Shown piece by piece: positions 25,466 to 38,584 of a stretch of 64,000 nucleotides of DNA; the first letter of the stretch is position 1; every line of letters begins with the position of its first letter. The notes beneath the pieces were generated by a model. The model saw only the letters and a list, made by a program, of their open reading frames with translations, had not been told where the DNA came from and made no database searches. The translations under genes were made by a program, and so were the position numbers. Where the stretch lies: contig NC_091478.1 in NCBI RefSeq assembly GCF_036971445.1, forward strand, positions 68,510,001 to 68,574,000, given 5' to 3'. The stretch is from Narcine bancroftii (Eukaryota).

Positions 25466-26086
25466 CAAAATGCAAAACCATTCAGCCACCAAGTTTTCCA
25501 TTAATATGCAGAATTAGACGAGTGCCGATGGCATTTTTCCACCAAACGTGTGAAGCTACAGATTTAGAGACACTACCAGCCTCAAAAACAACTCCATAAA
25601 AAAAGTACATAGTCATTTTAATGCATTGGTAAAGATGGACTACACTATAAACAAGTCCCCAAACCACAAGTAGCTAGAATTACAGCTTGTGTCACACAAA
25701 AAGATAAAATATTTTAAGTGTAAATTGCAGTGACCAAATATGAATGAATAATTCATTTTACAAATGTATGGAGTTCAATCAGAAAAGTGTGGGCAGATGG
25801 AGTTCAATTCTGAAAAGTGTAAAATAACACACTTTGAAGGATTGAATGAAGGCAGAGTATTAGGTTAATGGTAGGATTCTTAGTAAAGTGGAGGAACAGA
25901 GAGATCGTGAGGTCCAAGTTCATAGATCTCTCAAAGCTGCCATGCAGATTGATAGCAGAGTACAGGCTTGAAACGTGGATGGCCTTTTATTTCCTATGGA
26001 TGCTGCATGACCTTTCCCAACAGTTTTGTGCATTACACTCGACCCCAGCATCTGCAGATTTTCTTGTTTCAATAATTTTAGAATAC

Positions 26087-26243
26087 CTTTTTATTGCATC
26101 CCCGACAGGGAGCCTTGTAAGAAGAAAGCTGTTTCTCCACATTAGAGGCTTTTTCCACTTTTTTGGGGTCAAAGGGCATACGGCAAAGTGGGCACAGAGG
26201 TGATACAACTTGGAGGCAGGGTTGCAAACATTCTCCACAGAAC
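26087..26243 (-). CDS. rnf166: RING finger protein 166, coding exon 2 (second half of RING)
   Basis: CTTTCAG|G...AAG|GTATTC, 157 nt. Encodes (A)FCGECLQPCLQVVSPLCPLCRMPFDPKKVEKASNVEKQLSSYKAPCRGCNKK. This frame is not shown in the ORF track. Confidence 0.96.
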
Positions 26244-26654
26244 CTGAAAGACAATGGATCATTGTTAACAAGCAGTTTACAGGAGGCTTAATCCAAAACA
26301 CCATTCCTCATGCAAGGAAATGCCAAGATGCAGTTGGACAAAATCTAATGAAGCTTTTAATAAGCGTTAATGGGCAACTTTTACAAAGAGTTTTATTGCA
26401 TTGTTGCATACTACAAGAGGATCACCATGACAGAAATTCCAAAATTCAAATATTATTCATATTTTAAATCAAGAACCAAGCATTCACAGAAAGTCATTTA
26501 TTCAACTAGGAGCATAGACATGATTATTCCCCACATATCCAAAAATAATTCTGTAAATATCTTAAACTTAAAATAATACTCCATAACCCACAATTACATA
26601 AAAATAATAATAAATGAAGTTACCTCAGAAGATCCCAACTTTAAAGCTAGTCAA

Positions 26655-26850
26655 GGGGCAGCATGGTTGACGTAGCAGTTAGCGCAATGCCATTAACAGC
26701 ACCTGTGATAGGGACCTGGGTTCAAATCCTGCGCTGTAAGGAGTTTGTATGTTCTCCCCATGTCTGCATGGGTTTTGCCCGGGGTCTCCGGTTTCCTCCC
26801 ACTGTTTCAAACACGCCGGAGTTGTAGATTAATTGGGTGTAAATTGGGCT
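26655..26850 (+). mobile_element. tRNA-derived V-SINE
   Basis: A-box-like TAGCAGTTAG, B box GGTTCAAATCC, and the V-domain GGAGTTTGTATGTTCTCCCC...CTCCGGTTTCCTCCCAC. Confidence 0.8.
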
Positions 26851-28750
26851 ATTACAGTGCTGTTTGTAGGTCTACGTCTAAGTATTTTTGAAGCATAATG
26901 AACCATTTTCGTGCAGGAAAAATTTACAACCAAATCCCACAAACAACAAGGATATCCAGATAATCGGTTTCAGTAATATTGGCTGTGGAATAAATATTGG
27001 CCTTCTGATCGAAAAGGCTAATTACCATTGGCAAAATGGGAGGTCTCTTCTGAAATATATCAGTAACAGAATATTGTTTTTATCAGCAGTGCTTTCAGTT
27101 AAAAAGTAAACCCTAACTGGCACGAATATTGGAATGTTACACCCATCAGTCAACAACTATATTCGAATGGGTGATTCATGAGCTAAAAAGAAGAGCCATT
27201 CTGTCTGTTGCATCTCTACAACTTAAGCATGCATGTAGACACATCAATGACCTGAAACATCACTGAATTTGCTTATTATCAACAATGTTGACAAAGAATC
27301 CGATGTCATGATCTCGTAATTGTTCTGTGGCACTTTTGGCTTTTCCAGCTGGAAGAAGGATGATACTCAGATGTTTCAAGCTTTTTGAAGGTCATTTAAG
27401 TTCAGAAAGAAGAGGGGGCTTTTGCAATGAGCCTTCTGCCGAAAGCTGGCTTTTCTTTCCTCTCAGTGCTATTATAATCGTTGTATCCATCGATTTCCCC
27501 AAATATCTATAAATCTAATCATCCTTGCCTTGAAAAAAAAATCAAATAAGCTTCCACTGCCCTCTACTGGAAACATTAACTACAAAAAAAAAAATCACTG
27601 CCTTCTGGATGAAGAAATGTCATTTCCCCTGCTTTGAATGGGTGACCCTGACTTTAAGATTATGAAGTCTGGTTCTAGACACTAAACCATGCAAACATCA
27701 TCCCTTTATCTAAAAAATGTGCATTTCAGTGAAATCACTTCTTTTACTAAACTTGATCATAAGTACATCCGGATGTGGAAAGAACCAATCTGTGCACAAT
27801 ATTCCTGATGCAGTCTTACCTACATACTTGGATCAAGATTTCTCTATTCATGTACTTCAGTCTTTTTAAATATTTGCCTATCTTAACAGCTTGCTGTACC
27901 TGCACACCAACTTTCAATTATTCAGTTACATTCAGGTTCCTCTTTGTGCAAGAATTTTTTTTTCGTTTAAAAAAAATAATTTTCTCCAAAGTGAATGGGC
28001 CAAAGAAAAAATGTGGGGACAATCAGTGAACCTGTCTGTATTTCCCAGAAGACTGTTAGCATCCCGAGAGGCTCATTTTCAGATTCTACAATAGTGCTCA
28101 AGGGAAACATTTTAGATTTATGCATGAAGTCAAAAGTTACAAAGAAAGCATGCTCATTAAAGTCCAATGGGAAAGCCATACACATTTCATTTTAGTAAAG
28201 AGCATTTTGTAGAATGATATGCAGGGTGGGAAAAAAGTACAGAAATTACTGCATAGCTATTAAAAAAGGCCTGACTAGATTTTCGCCTGTTATTGCTTTT
28301 ATTAGCAAGAAGGAAAAAAACAGATTGCTGATGTGAGTTTTTTTTCTGGGATTTACACAATAGATGCTTATTGCATCCCAAAGTTACAGGATTCAGCACT
28401 GCAAAAACGATTATTAAGGGCAATAACTGCAGTGCAATGTTTCTGGAACAATGGGGGGGAGAGTCACAGCTCATTCAGAAAATTATTTAAACATTAGTCC
28501 TATAACCTTATTTTGCCCTTTTTTAAAAAAAAACCCAGAATATTTAAAGAAAGAAAAATACATTGAGACAGCCAATAGAGTAAAGCAAAACACTAAACCT
28601 TCCATGAGAAAGTTAATGAGATGGTCAAAGTTTTTTGTCAACTATTCCAGAAAAACTTTTACGATGAAGGCAGCAGCTTCCATTTCTGGCCCCATACTAT
28701 TGTCAGATGCCTTATTCCCAATTTAATATCTTTTACTACAGGGTAGTAAA

Positions 28751-28811
28751 AGACATGAGGTTTGGGTGCAGCTGAGTCGACAGACATGAGGTTTGGGTGC
28801 AGCTGAGTCGA
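28751..28811. repeat. Perfect 30-bp tandem duplication
   Basis: AGACATGAGGTTTGGGTGCAGCTGAGTCGA at 28751-28780 and 28782-28811. Confidence 0.95.
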
Positions 28812-30329
28812 ACCCTCCTCTGAAATAAAGTCTCTCACCCCTCATTATCATGGAGAAATATCAAATATTAATGTCAAAAAGACATTTGTAACCACAGGTG
28901 GCTGTGGGGGCCAGTTCATTATGTATATTTAAGACAGATTGTCAGAGTACATACAATGACATCACATATAACCCTGAGATTCTTTTTCCTGTGGGCGTGG
29001 CAGAATTACCACCAATTGGTAGTGCAAAAACTGTAAAACAAATAACGAATGTAAACAAACTGAGTGTGCAATACAGAAAGAATAAAAAAGAAAAATCAAT
29101 AAAGTGCACAAGTAAGAGTCCTTAAATGAGTCTCTGATTGAGTTTGTCTTTGAAGAATCTGAGGGTGGAGGGGTAGTAGCTATTCCTGAACCTGGTGGTG
29201 CAAGAATGATAGGTTCTTGATTAGCCAAGGCAACAAAGGTTACAGAGAGAAGGCTGGGCAGAGGGCTGAATGTAAAATGGATCAGCTCATGACTAAATAA
29301 CATGGAAGACTCGATGGGCTGAATAGCCTATTTCTTCTCCTATGTCTTATAGTCATGGGCATGCAGTGATTTTCTCTCTTCCTCATCATTTTCTGATCCA
29401 TCTGTGCATCATCAGAAGATGCGATTCCACACATGGAATCCTCCACCCGTCACCGATTTGAACTGTGGCAGCTGGGGCCCCTGTGCCAACCGCCACATCG
29501 TCCCACTTGGTGCAGGTTATGAATAGCATGCACGGAGGGGGGATGAAGATTCCAGGAGGATGGAAATGAACAAAGATAGAAAATACAACCATGCTGAAAG
29601 TGGAAGTATGGAAACTGCTCCCAAGGTCATTATTCCTCAAATATGTCCATCACAATTCCATTAGATTTCCAAGTGCTCAACAGGCAGTGAGTGAAACACT
29701 TTAAAAAAAATATTCTTTGCTTTATTATAGAAAACGTGCCAGCAGGTGACACATAATAAGGTCCCACAAATTTCAAAGATCTTCACTTCATACTACATTT
29801 ATTTTCCTCCTCCATCTCACTAATTCCTCTTGCTAAGAAAAGCCATGATCCCTTGTCAGAGTACAATTCAATGGCTCACGGATGGATTCCTGTGTCAAAT
29901 GGCCAATGAATGTGCATCAGCCAGATTGTTGTACCACCTAAGAGCATTTACGACTGCACTCATCAGTAGCTCAGAGCCACTTCAAACCTTTCTCGTATTC
30001 AAAAACATAAAATATCAAGTACTTATTCTGAAAAGATTCTAACAGGGAAGTCTAACTATACATGTTTATTGCACACCTGACTTAAAATGATGAAGAATTG
30101 ACTATACATTATTACAACAGTGAAGAAAAACTAATCCAGATGGCCAAAGAGTAGTTAAGATCTAAATCATATTGTTCACAGGTTGCTCCATGCTCTAAAT
30201 ACTGATCCAGCCTGAAGAGCACTTTACAAAGCCATGAAAGATTCAATGGCACCTTCTCAACAATATTGGCATATGATGTAGCTTGGGTGGCAATGTGGGA
30301 TGGATGGCAGAGATGTTGGAAGGCATGGA

Positions 30330-30650
30330 CAAAGTAGATGTCAAAAGGTTGTTTCCCATGGTGGGAGAGGGCACAACTTCAGGACTGAATGTCGTTCACT
30401 TAGAACAGAAATGCGGACGAACCTCTTTAGCCAAAGGGTAATGAATATGGAATTTGTTGCCACAGGTGGTTATGGAGGTCAAGCCATTGGGTGTATTTAA
30501 GGCAGAGATTGATACCCTGGCTAATCAAGAATATATCAAAGGTTATGGGGAGAAGACTGGGCAATGGAGCTGAGTGGGAAAATAGATCAGCTCATGGTTA
30601 AATGGAGGGGTCAACTCAATGATTTGAATAGCCTATCTCTTCTCCTATGT
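30330..30650 (+). mobile_element. CR1 LINE 3' end
   Basis: RGHNFR...RTEMRTNLFSQRVMN motif and a CR1-type tail. Confidence 0.8.
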
Positions 30651-31059
30651 CTTCTAATATACCAATCAAAGAATGGATCCCAAGTTAAAGCAACTTTGAA
30701 AGATTATGCCATTTGTAGTTTTCTTAGCCAATTTCTTTACAACTAGGAAATGGAAAACATCTGGTATAGGGAATTTGTTAGTCTTCACTGTCATTACATA
30801 TTTATTGAAACATAGGAGGGAAGGTACACTACCAAAACAGATCCATTCCAGCACCCAATAAGCCAATCCATAAGCCCCATTCCCCATAGCCTGCAACTAA
30901 CCTACACTAAGGGGAAATTCATAGTAGCAACTTACCTATCCCAAGGGGCAATTCATAATAAAGGTTAAGGTTTCATTATTGTCTCGTAATACATTTAGAA
31001 TGTAACGTACATGAAATCTTTAACTTTGTCCAGTTTATCCACTGCCCCTCACAGAAATG

Positions 31060-31126
31060 AGGCCCCATCAAGGAATAAGCTCACGATCCCTGGTTTACAA
31101 GGCCAGTGTTCTAACCACTGAGCTAT
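31060..31126 (-). pseudogene. tRNA-Thr(TGT)-derived sequence, head of a probable SINE spanning ~30961-31126
   Basis: The minus strand reads ATAGCTCAGTGGTTAGAACACTGGCCTTGTAAACCAGGGATCGTGAGCTTATTCCTTGATGGGGCCT, close to vertebrate tRNA-Thr(UGU), with the anticodon at 31099-31097. The 5' acceptor strand is missing and the T-loop/B box is mutated, so it is not a functional tRNA. Confidence 0.8.
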
Positions 31127-31249
31127 CAGTTGCCATTTAATCTACCAGCAGGCCTTTGGTGTGTGGGAGGAAATCGACATAGTTACAGGGAGAAGGTCAG
31201 TGGGTTGGACTCGATGGGTTGAATATCACTTTCTGCACCTATGTCTTAT

Positions 31250-32300
31250 GGACTTAAAAAGTTAGTTGTATGTTTTTTTTAGTTGAATCAAGTTTAGAAG
31301 ATGAGCTTGGGGCCAAGTGAAATTGTAAGGTTGCTGATATCAGGTATATATATGATTTATTATTGAAGTCTAGGGATAACTCCCAAGATAAGATTTAAAA
31401 ATTATGGGAGCAAGATTTTTAGCTCTCATTCTTGGATACTACCTGAGATTCTATCTTAAAGTCGGTAAATTCCTCCTCTTTATGTGCTTGTCATTCACTT
31501 CTACAATTTAAGGCAGTACATCGAGCCTACCTTTCTAAAGTTCAATTGGCTAAATTTTTCCCTAATATTTCTTTGAATTGTGATAGATGCAAGACTTGAA
31601 GAGGGTACTTTATTACATACATTTTGGTCTTATTCCTTTCTTTCCAAATTTTGGGAAGATATCTTTTGTGCCTTATCTTTAGTTCTTAATGCAAATCTTA
31701 TACCTAATACTTTAATTGTTCTTTTTGGATCAACTAAGATAATTGATTTGAAATTAACTGCATTTCCAACTCATGTAGTTTCTTTCACTTTCCTTTTTGC
31801 TAGACAATCAATATTGATGAGATGGAAAAGATGGTGTCCCTACTAATCACAATCAATGGTTATATGACATGATGGCATGTCTAACTTTGGGGGGAAAAAA
31901 AATCAGATGTTCCTCCAATGTAACAGAATCAAACTTTTCAAGCTTTTGGGGACTTTTATCAACTTTTTCTCATAATCTATAAAATCACTTAGATATTGTC
32001 TTGCAAGTTTGTGTTTTTTTTAAAAGAATAGCGAAATTGTATGTATTTACCAAATAACTTCAGAGGGGAAGGGGGTAGAATTTGTAGTATAGTATCAATT
32101 TATTTTGTCTTTATCTTTTTCAATTATGTTATAACTGATTAAATGAATACTTGATTATGTTTTTTTTTGCTTGATTGTTATATCTAGTTTATATATAACA
32201 GATGTTCTTATACAAGTCTAATTTTTTCATATTACCTCTTTAAATATGGCTTCTACTTTTTGTATTATTATTGTAAAATTCAATAAAAATATTGAAACAA
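31250..32300 (+). mobile_element. L1-clade LINE 3' fragment
   Basis: Degenerate QFKAVHRAYLSK...CDRC...GTLLHTFWS zinc-knuckle region, LTL(E)KI and W..FI motifs, ending in AATAAA plus an A-rich tail. Confidence 0.8.
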
Positions 32301-32447
32301 AATTGTAAAGTTGCAAATTGAAAAAATGATATCTGAAACACCAACTTTTCAGGAGTATGGAATATTCACAGGGGCTGAAGGGGATTATTTCAAAGTTTCC
32401 ATGTTTTCTTGTAGGAAATTCCTGAAGGAATAATTCCACCACAATAT

Positions 32448-32818
32448 CAATTTTTCAACCTTTTTCTTTCCACTCTCATACCACTTTAAGTATTCCCTAT
32501 GCCATAGGGGATCTGTGATTAAAGGGATTGCTTAAGGTGGTAAGTGTGTGGAAAGAAAAAGTTTGAAAACCACTGTTTTAATTGTACTTAATTGACTCCT
32601 TATGTGCACGGTTTCATAACTCCAAAGGAAATGGATCAATGACAATTTTTCTCAAGCAGAATATTTCAGTAACAATTGGGTCAAGAACAGTAGTTCTCAA
32701 CCTTCCCTTCCCACCCACATACCACCCTAAGCAATCCCTTACTAATCACAGAGCACTGATGGCACAGGAATTACTTCAAGTGGTATGTGAGTGGAAAGAA
32801 AAAGGTTGAGAGCCACTG
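32448..32818. mobile_element. hAT-type MITE made of two ~130-bp palindromic units in inverted orientation
   Basis: Units at 32448-32575 and 32688-32818, each bounded by CAGTRGTTCTCAACC-like and GGTTGAGARCCACTG-like ends. The two units are reverse-complementary. Confidence 0.8.
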
Positions 32819-33546
32819 TCTTAAGCATTGGAATACACCCTGCTCTTCAACACTCCCCCCTCCCCATCTTTTCACTTTTTCCTTCATTAATATACTCCTA
32901 CTTTTTCATCCAGTCTTTTGCTTATCTACCTCAACTTCTCCTTAAAGCATACATGTTTAATACCTGAGGAAATTCTGGACCTTCAATAGAAATTAACTGT
33001 TTCTCTTTCCACAGATGCCTTCTGATCAGACAGGTGTTTCCAGCACGTTCAATTTTTACCATACAAACGTATTTACTCTCTTGTTGAAATTGCAGGTCAA
33101 AGACTGCCATGTGTCTAGACCAATATTTGAAGAGCCAGTGCTAAGTGTTGGGAACATACAGGTGAAAGTGGAAGCTAAAACCCTGGTGATGCAATCATTA
33201 AAAAAAGACATTAGAAGCAGCAATGCACCAGATGTAGGAAACTCCACTAGCCTAAACAGTAGACAATAAAGGAACATCAAGATTATCGTGTTGCCAAATA
33301 TGTCAAAGAGTGCAGAGGAGTCAAGGATAAAGCATTTTTTTCAGGCTGGATTAAGACTGGTTAGTTAATAGAGCAGGAATGGAAACCTTATTGGAGGAAT
33401 TTAAATATGGAAACTTTGGGGGGAAAAACTGGACATAGAATTGAAAGGCAGCATACAGTAATGCAATTTGGATAAAGGATAAATTTACTGTGACAGAAAT
33501 TTGAGGATGATTTAGGAGAAATGTGAGGATAGTAGGTTTGGAATCA

Positions 33547-33875
33547 ATCCCCTTTTCCACTGACATTCCAATTAATTGACTGCTCAGTGTCCTGGGATAG
33601 GACTTTGTGCTGTTTCCACTGGGCTACCCTTAACTGGGACACAACTCATCCCCAGGAGAAATCAGGGTGTTCAAATGGAAACAGATGACTTTCTGCTGTC
33701 CCTTTTCCACTGGTTTTATCAGCACGCCTGCGTCAGCTGATGCCAAGAATATGAGTAGGGGTTGAGGTGGTTAATCCCCATCATAAAATGATGTCATTTG
33801 ATTCTGGCATGTTGACAGTTTTCTTTTTCCTGTCCCAGTTAATTCCTGGAACAAAGTGCCAGTGGAAAAGGGGCT
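33547..33875. mobile_element. MITE with CCCCTTTTCCACTG / CAGTGGAAAAGGGG termini (PIF/Harbinger-like)
   Basis: 14-bp perfect inverted termini, with internal TTTCCACTGG repeats near 33613 and 33704. The superfamily assignment is inferred. Confidence 0.65.
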
Positions 33876-35944
33876 ATACATTGGTATGTTCATAATGTAC
33901 ACTTTATATTTGTATATTTATATACAAATGCCATGACAAGGCAAATCTACCAGAATCAGACAAGAGCACAAGTTCTTTCAGGTTCAAGAAAAGAAATGAA
34001 CTGATTGAAATACAACTTCAATTTTTTGCAGCTTAAGGAGGAGTTCAATACTGAAATTTATTGCTGACCTCATATTGCCACATTTCTCTATAACTGAAAG
34101 GATAGTTCAAATATTTCACTGGCTGGAATGTCTTTAGGTCAGAGGAATGCATTCCTCAGATAGTTTTATTTCTACAAGCTCTAAACTTGCTGATTAAAAA
34201 TAAACATGGCCATTGCAGCAGGTACTATTAAGAATAGGGCAATCTTCTAGTGAGCCTCCTGCTGGAGTGACTAATCAGTTTCCACTTGTTTCCACTTTAG
34301 TACACAGATCACTCCAAACCTGTCTTTACCAATCTGCCTCACCACTGTACAATAATGCTTCCCTATTCTCCAGAAAAAGTGCATGAGAAAACACTAGAAA
34401 TGTGCATACATCCTGTATGTCAGGAGCCATTCCCAAATTAAGGTAGATGTTGATGAAAATTAGATGCCAACACAGGATTAAGACCTCAAACACTGCACAA
34501 AGATCATGATCCCAAAATAAATGTCTGTAGTAGCCTCTGATCTCCTGTAGACTTCTGAGACAGGAATCATCTACAGCAACCATCTCAGTGCACTGGTGAG
34601 ATACCATCTACACTTTTTAAAAAAAAAAGTTATTACAGCATAGGGGGCTATTGAGAATTGTGGAGGGCATTAATAAGTGTCCATTTGTCAAGAGCACAAT
34701 GACCTACTGTAGACAATGCAAAGAATGAATTACCTTCCAAAATATCAGTGGCCTGTACTGTTCCACCCATGACAGAGTCTATAGGCCTCACATTGGTCCC
34801 ATCAAAACTTACAGAACTAAATGGAAGGTCACTTGATTCCAGAACATTTGCCCAAGATGGAAAATAGATAATTTCCAGAGCATGCCGTTCCATAAAACTG
34901 TTGTCTTCGATGCAAACTGAAATTCAGTGTCATTGGTATCCTCAAAAGTGTATATTCAAGAGGGAAATGTTTGTGTGCTTTTTGGTTAGTATGGTTCATA
35001 GTGTGAAAAATTATTTTTTTTTTAACCGATACCGGAAGCTATTTCCAGCTTCCATCCTATTCAGATCTGTTGAGAATGCAGAGAGTTACAGTTATTAAAG
35101 ATTAAACAACTGCTTTCAATTCAGTAGGAACCTTGATACCTTACATTTTGGATTTCCATTCTTTCTAACTTTTCATAATTTAGAAAGTAGTCCTATTCTT
35201 TTTATCTGCAATATCCTGTTTGAGTCCAAATTGAATGGAGTTGCAGTTGGCAACATTGAAATCTATTTGCCACAGAGTTTCCTATTTTAATATAAAATTA
35301 TTTCTTACCATTTTAATATGTTCATTTTAAATTTTGACTTCTTATCATGCCACCTCTCTTAGTCAATGTTGTGGACATAGTTGTTCTTAGGCTCCTCCAT
35401 CTAATCATGCAAATTGTTTAGAACTTATGATTTTAAGCCCAACACTGATCTTTATTCTGCTCTAATAACCACACTGATTAAATTGCACATTTAAGATTCA
35501 AGGTCCATTAACCCCAATCTCCATATTAGACTGTTCAACAAATTTTCTAACGAGGTCAATGTTTTACTTTCAATTCCAAGAGGTTTAATTTTAGATTATT
35601 GTCAATTAGGGGATGGTCTTTGATTTTTTTTTTGTACGAGTAGTGAGTGCACAGGTAATGTCCATAGCTGTTATTTACATTATTCAGTTTCTGCAGGCAC
35701 AGCCCTAGTTTTCAAGTCCATGATGGCTCTTTCAGATCATTTCAAGATGTTTAGTGACTCTATCCTAAATATTAAACAAATTATTTTCAATATTAAATTT
35801 TATGCTGACAAGTCTTTAATTTCATGGCTTCTCATTTTCAATTTTGCTAAGAGCAAGGTGAGAGACAGGGATCATATTCTGATTGGTTGCCAGTTGCAGA
35901 ATTCCACAGGGGTTGGTGTTGGGGCTACACTTTATATTTTAATT

Positions 35945-36186
35945 AAAAAAATTAGACATACAGCACGGTTACAGGGCATTTCGGCTCACGGGTCTTTGCC
36001 ACCTAATTTACACACAATTAACCTACACCCTGGTATGTGGGAAGAAATCGGATGCCCCGGGGAAAATCCATGCTGACATGGGGAGAAAGTACAAACTCGT
36101 TACAGACAGCATGGGTTTCAAGACCTAGTCCCATCGCTGGTGCTGTAAAGGCGTGGCGCTAACCACGACACCAACCTTGCTGCCCT
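35945..36186 (-). mobile_element. V-SINE
   Basis: Reverse-complement of the SINE at 26655, with the family tail ...ctgtatgtctaaat. Confidence 0.8.
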
Positions 36187-36204
36187 TCATGTTGTATATT
36201 AATG

Positions 36205-36950
36205 CTTTGTGACCAAGTTTGCAGATGATACGAAGATAGGTGGAGGAGCAGGTAGCATTGATAAAACAGTGAGGCTCCAGAACAGACAGATTAGGAGAAT
36301 GGACAGAGAAGTAGCAAATGAAATAGTCGTAAAGTGCACTTACACTTTGGTAGAGAAAAATAAAGGGACAGACTATTTTCTAAATGGGGAGAAAATTGAA
36401 AATATCCAGATGCCAAGGGACCTGGGAGTCCTCGTGCAAGATACTGAAAAATTGGTGAAAAAGGCAAACACAAGAGGAAAAGAATACAAGAGCAGGGATG
36501 TGATGATGAGGCATTATAAGGCATCGATGAGACCTCACTTGGAGTATTGTGAGCAGTTTTGGGCTCTCATTTAAGAGGGAGGATCTCATGGAAACATTTA
36601 GAATGTTGAAAAGCATGGACAGAGTAGCAGGTTGTTTGCTATGGTGTGAGAGACTCAGACAAGAGGGCATAACTTCAGGACTGATGTGTGTTTCATTTAG
36701 AACAGGTATGTGGAGGAATTTGTGTAGTCAGAGGGTGGTGAATCTGTGGAATTTGTTGCCACAGGTGGTTATGGAGGCCATCTGATTGGGTGTATTTAAG
36801 TCAAAGATTGATATGTTCTTGATTAGCCAGGGCATCAAAGGTTATGGGAGAAGACCAGGCAATGGAGCTGAGTAGGAGAATGGATCAGATCATGATTAAA
36901 TGGCAGGGCAGACTCGATTATCTGAATAGCCTATGTCTGCTCCTATGTCT
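36205..36950 (+). mobile_element. CR1 LINE fragment
   Basis: KFADDTKIGG, RDLGVLV, RPHLEYCEQFW and QRVVNLWNLLP motifs. Confidence 0.9.
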
Positions 36951-38344
36951 TGTATCTTCTAATATTCCAATCAAAGAATGGTTCCAAAGTTAAGCAACTT
37001 TGAACGACAATACCATTTGTAGTTTGCTTAGTCAGATTCTTTACAACTAGGAAATGAGGAACTATTGGTATAGGGGATTTGTTACTCTTTTCTGTCATTA
37101 CATATTTATTGCAACATAGGAGAGAGGGTGCACTACCAAAACAGATCCATTCTAGCACCCAATGCCATCTGCCCCATTCCCCTATAGCCTTGCAACTAAC
37201 AGACACTAAGGGTCAATTCATAGCAGCCACTTAATCTACCAGCATGTCAATTTGGGGAGTGGGAGAAAATCTACATAGTTACAGGTAGAAGGTGCAAACT
37301 TCAGATAGAAAATACTCAAACCCAGATCCCTTGAGTGGTGAGGCAGCAGCATGAATTTTAGCTCCGAGCTGTCATCTCTGCCTGTCTCTTTTTTTAAAAA
37401 AATAGGAATTTTTAAATAAGGAAGTGTCTACTTCCCTACTATTCTCATCTATTGCAAAATAAAAACCAATTATTCAGCAGGTCTGTTCTTTCCATTTTTG
37501 ACTTATAATACCTGTACCATCATTCTGAGTTTAAGATCCTATGTACTCTTGACCATAAATTATGAGCACAAGTTTGTGTTTGACTGGTGCATATTGTTTT
37601 ACATGTTCTTACTCTATATCATTTGATCACCTTTTACTGAACAACTCATCTCCAGTCACCACCAGTGTTTATGAAATTTTACTTTTACGTGTAATTCTTT
37701 ACTGTTATACTGACCCTTCTGTCATCAGCTTTTTGTGTATTCCCCCCCCCCCCCCACAAAATAGAACTTTTATCAGAGTAGGGGTACAAATTGAACCAGG
37801 ATCAAATTAAAATTGTTTGTTGTTTGCCCATTAATAGATTTTTTCCATTTAGCACTAACAGTTTTGCCACATTGCAGAGAAGTCAACTGTGCATAAATCT
37901 AGAATCAAATAACTTGCTTGTATTTCTCTTTCAAACTCATGTTGAATTTGTTCACAATATAAGTATTTGGTAAGTATTAATGCACAAGAAATATCATTCA
38001 TTCCCTCCTTTTTGGTTCCGAATCAATGTTCCAGAAAACTCTTCTGAGAACAATCAAAAATATTCATTATCGTTCAAAAATTACTCCTAGCCATGTGAAA
38101 TTTAAACATTTCCCATTTAACCACCAATATTTCTGTAATGTGCATAAATATTACCTGAAATTGGGCATTGTACTGTTTCCCAATTGCTTTCAGGGACTCT
38201 ATGTACAAACTTGCACTTCTATTTTCAAGTCTACCTATGGAATCTCCACACTTATATTGTCTCTTCAACAAATGATTTTATTCTATCTCACAGAAAGTAA
38301 TCCTTACAATGATCCTCATCTTCCTTGTAGACATTATACATTTT

Positions 38345-38584
38345 TAAAATTTAGACATACAGCATGGAAACAGGCCATTTTGGCCCATGAGTCCATGCAG
38401 CCTAATTTACACTCAATTAACCTACACCCCTGGTACTTTCAAATGGTGGGAGAAAACCAGAGCTCCCGAGGAAAACCCATGCCAACACAGGGAGAATGTA
38501 CGAACTCCTTACAGACAGCATGGGATTCCTATCACTGGCATTGAAAAGGCATTGCACTAACTGCTATGCCAACTGAGCCACCCA
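38345..38584 (-). mobile_element. V-SINE
   Basis: Same family as the copies at 35945, 46575 and 59761. Confidence 0.8.

Noticed and set aside
29388-29416. Minus-strand CTGATGA...GAAA resembling a hammerhead core
   Set aside because: Stem II pairs poorly, and no stem I/III with an NUH cleavage triplet can be formed.
31060-31126. Functional tRNA-Thr gene, or a functional link to the tRNA-thiolation gene ctu2
   Set aside because: The acceptor stem is truncated and the B box is mutated. The main CTU1/CTU2 substrates are Lys/Glu/Gln tRNAs, so proximity is coincidental.
34326-34916. Exon-like minus-strand ORFs with AG/GT ends (possible nested gene)
   Set aside because: The phase is incompatible with rnf166 introns. 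Other frames show G..WKL, WNS...EGNS...LDK motifs of a decayed CR1 C-terminus, and the region adjoins a CR1 RT remnant at ~35100-35700.
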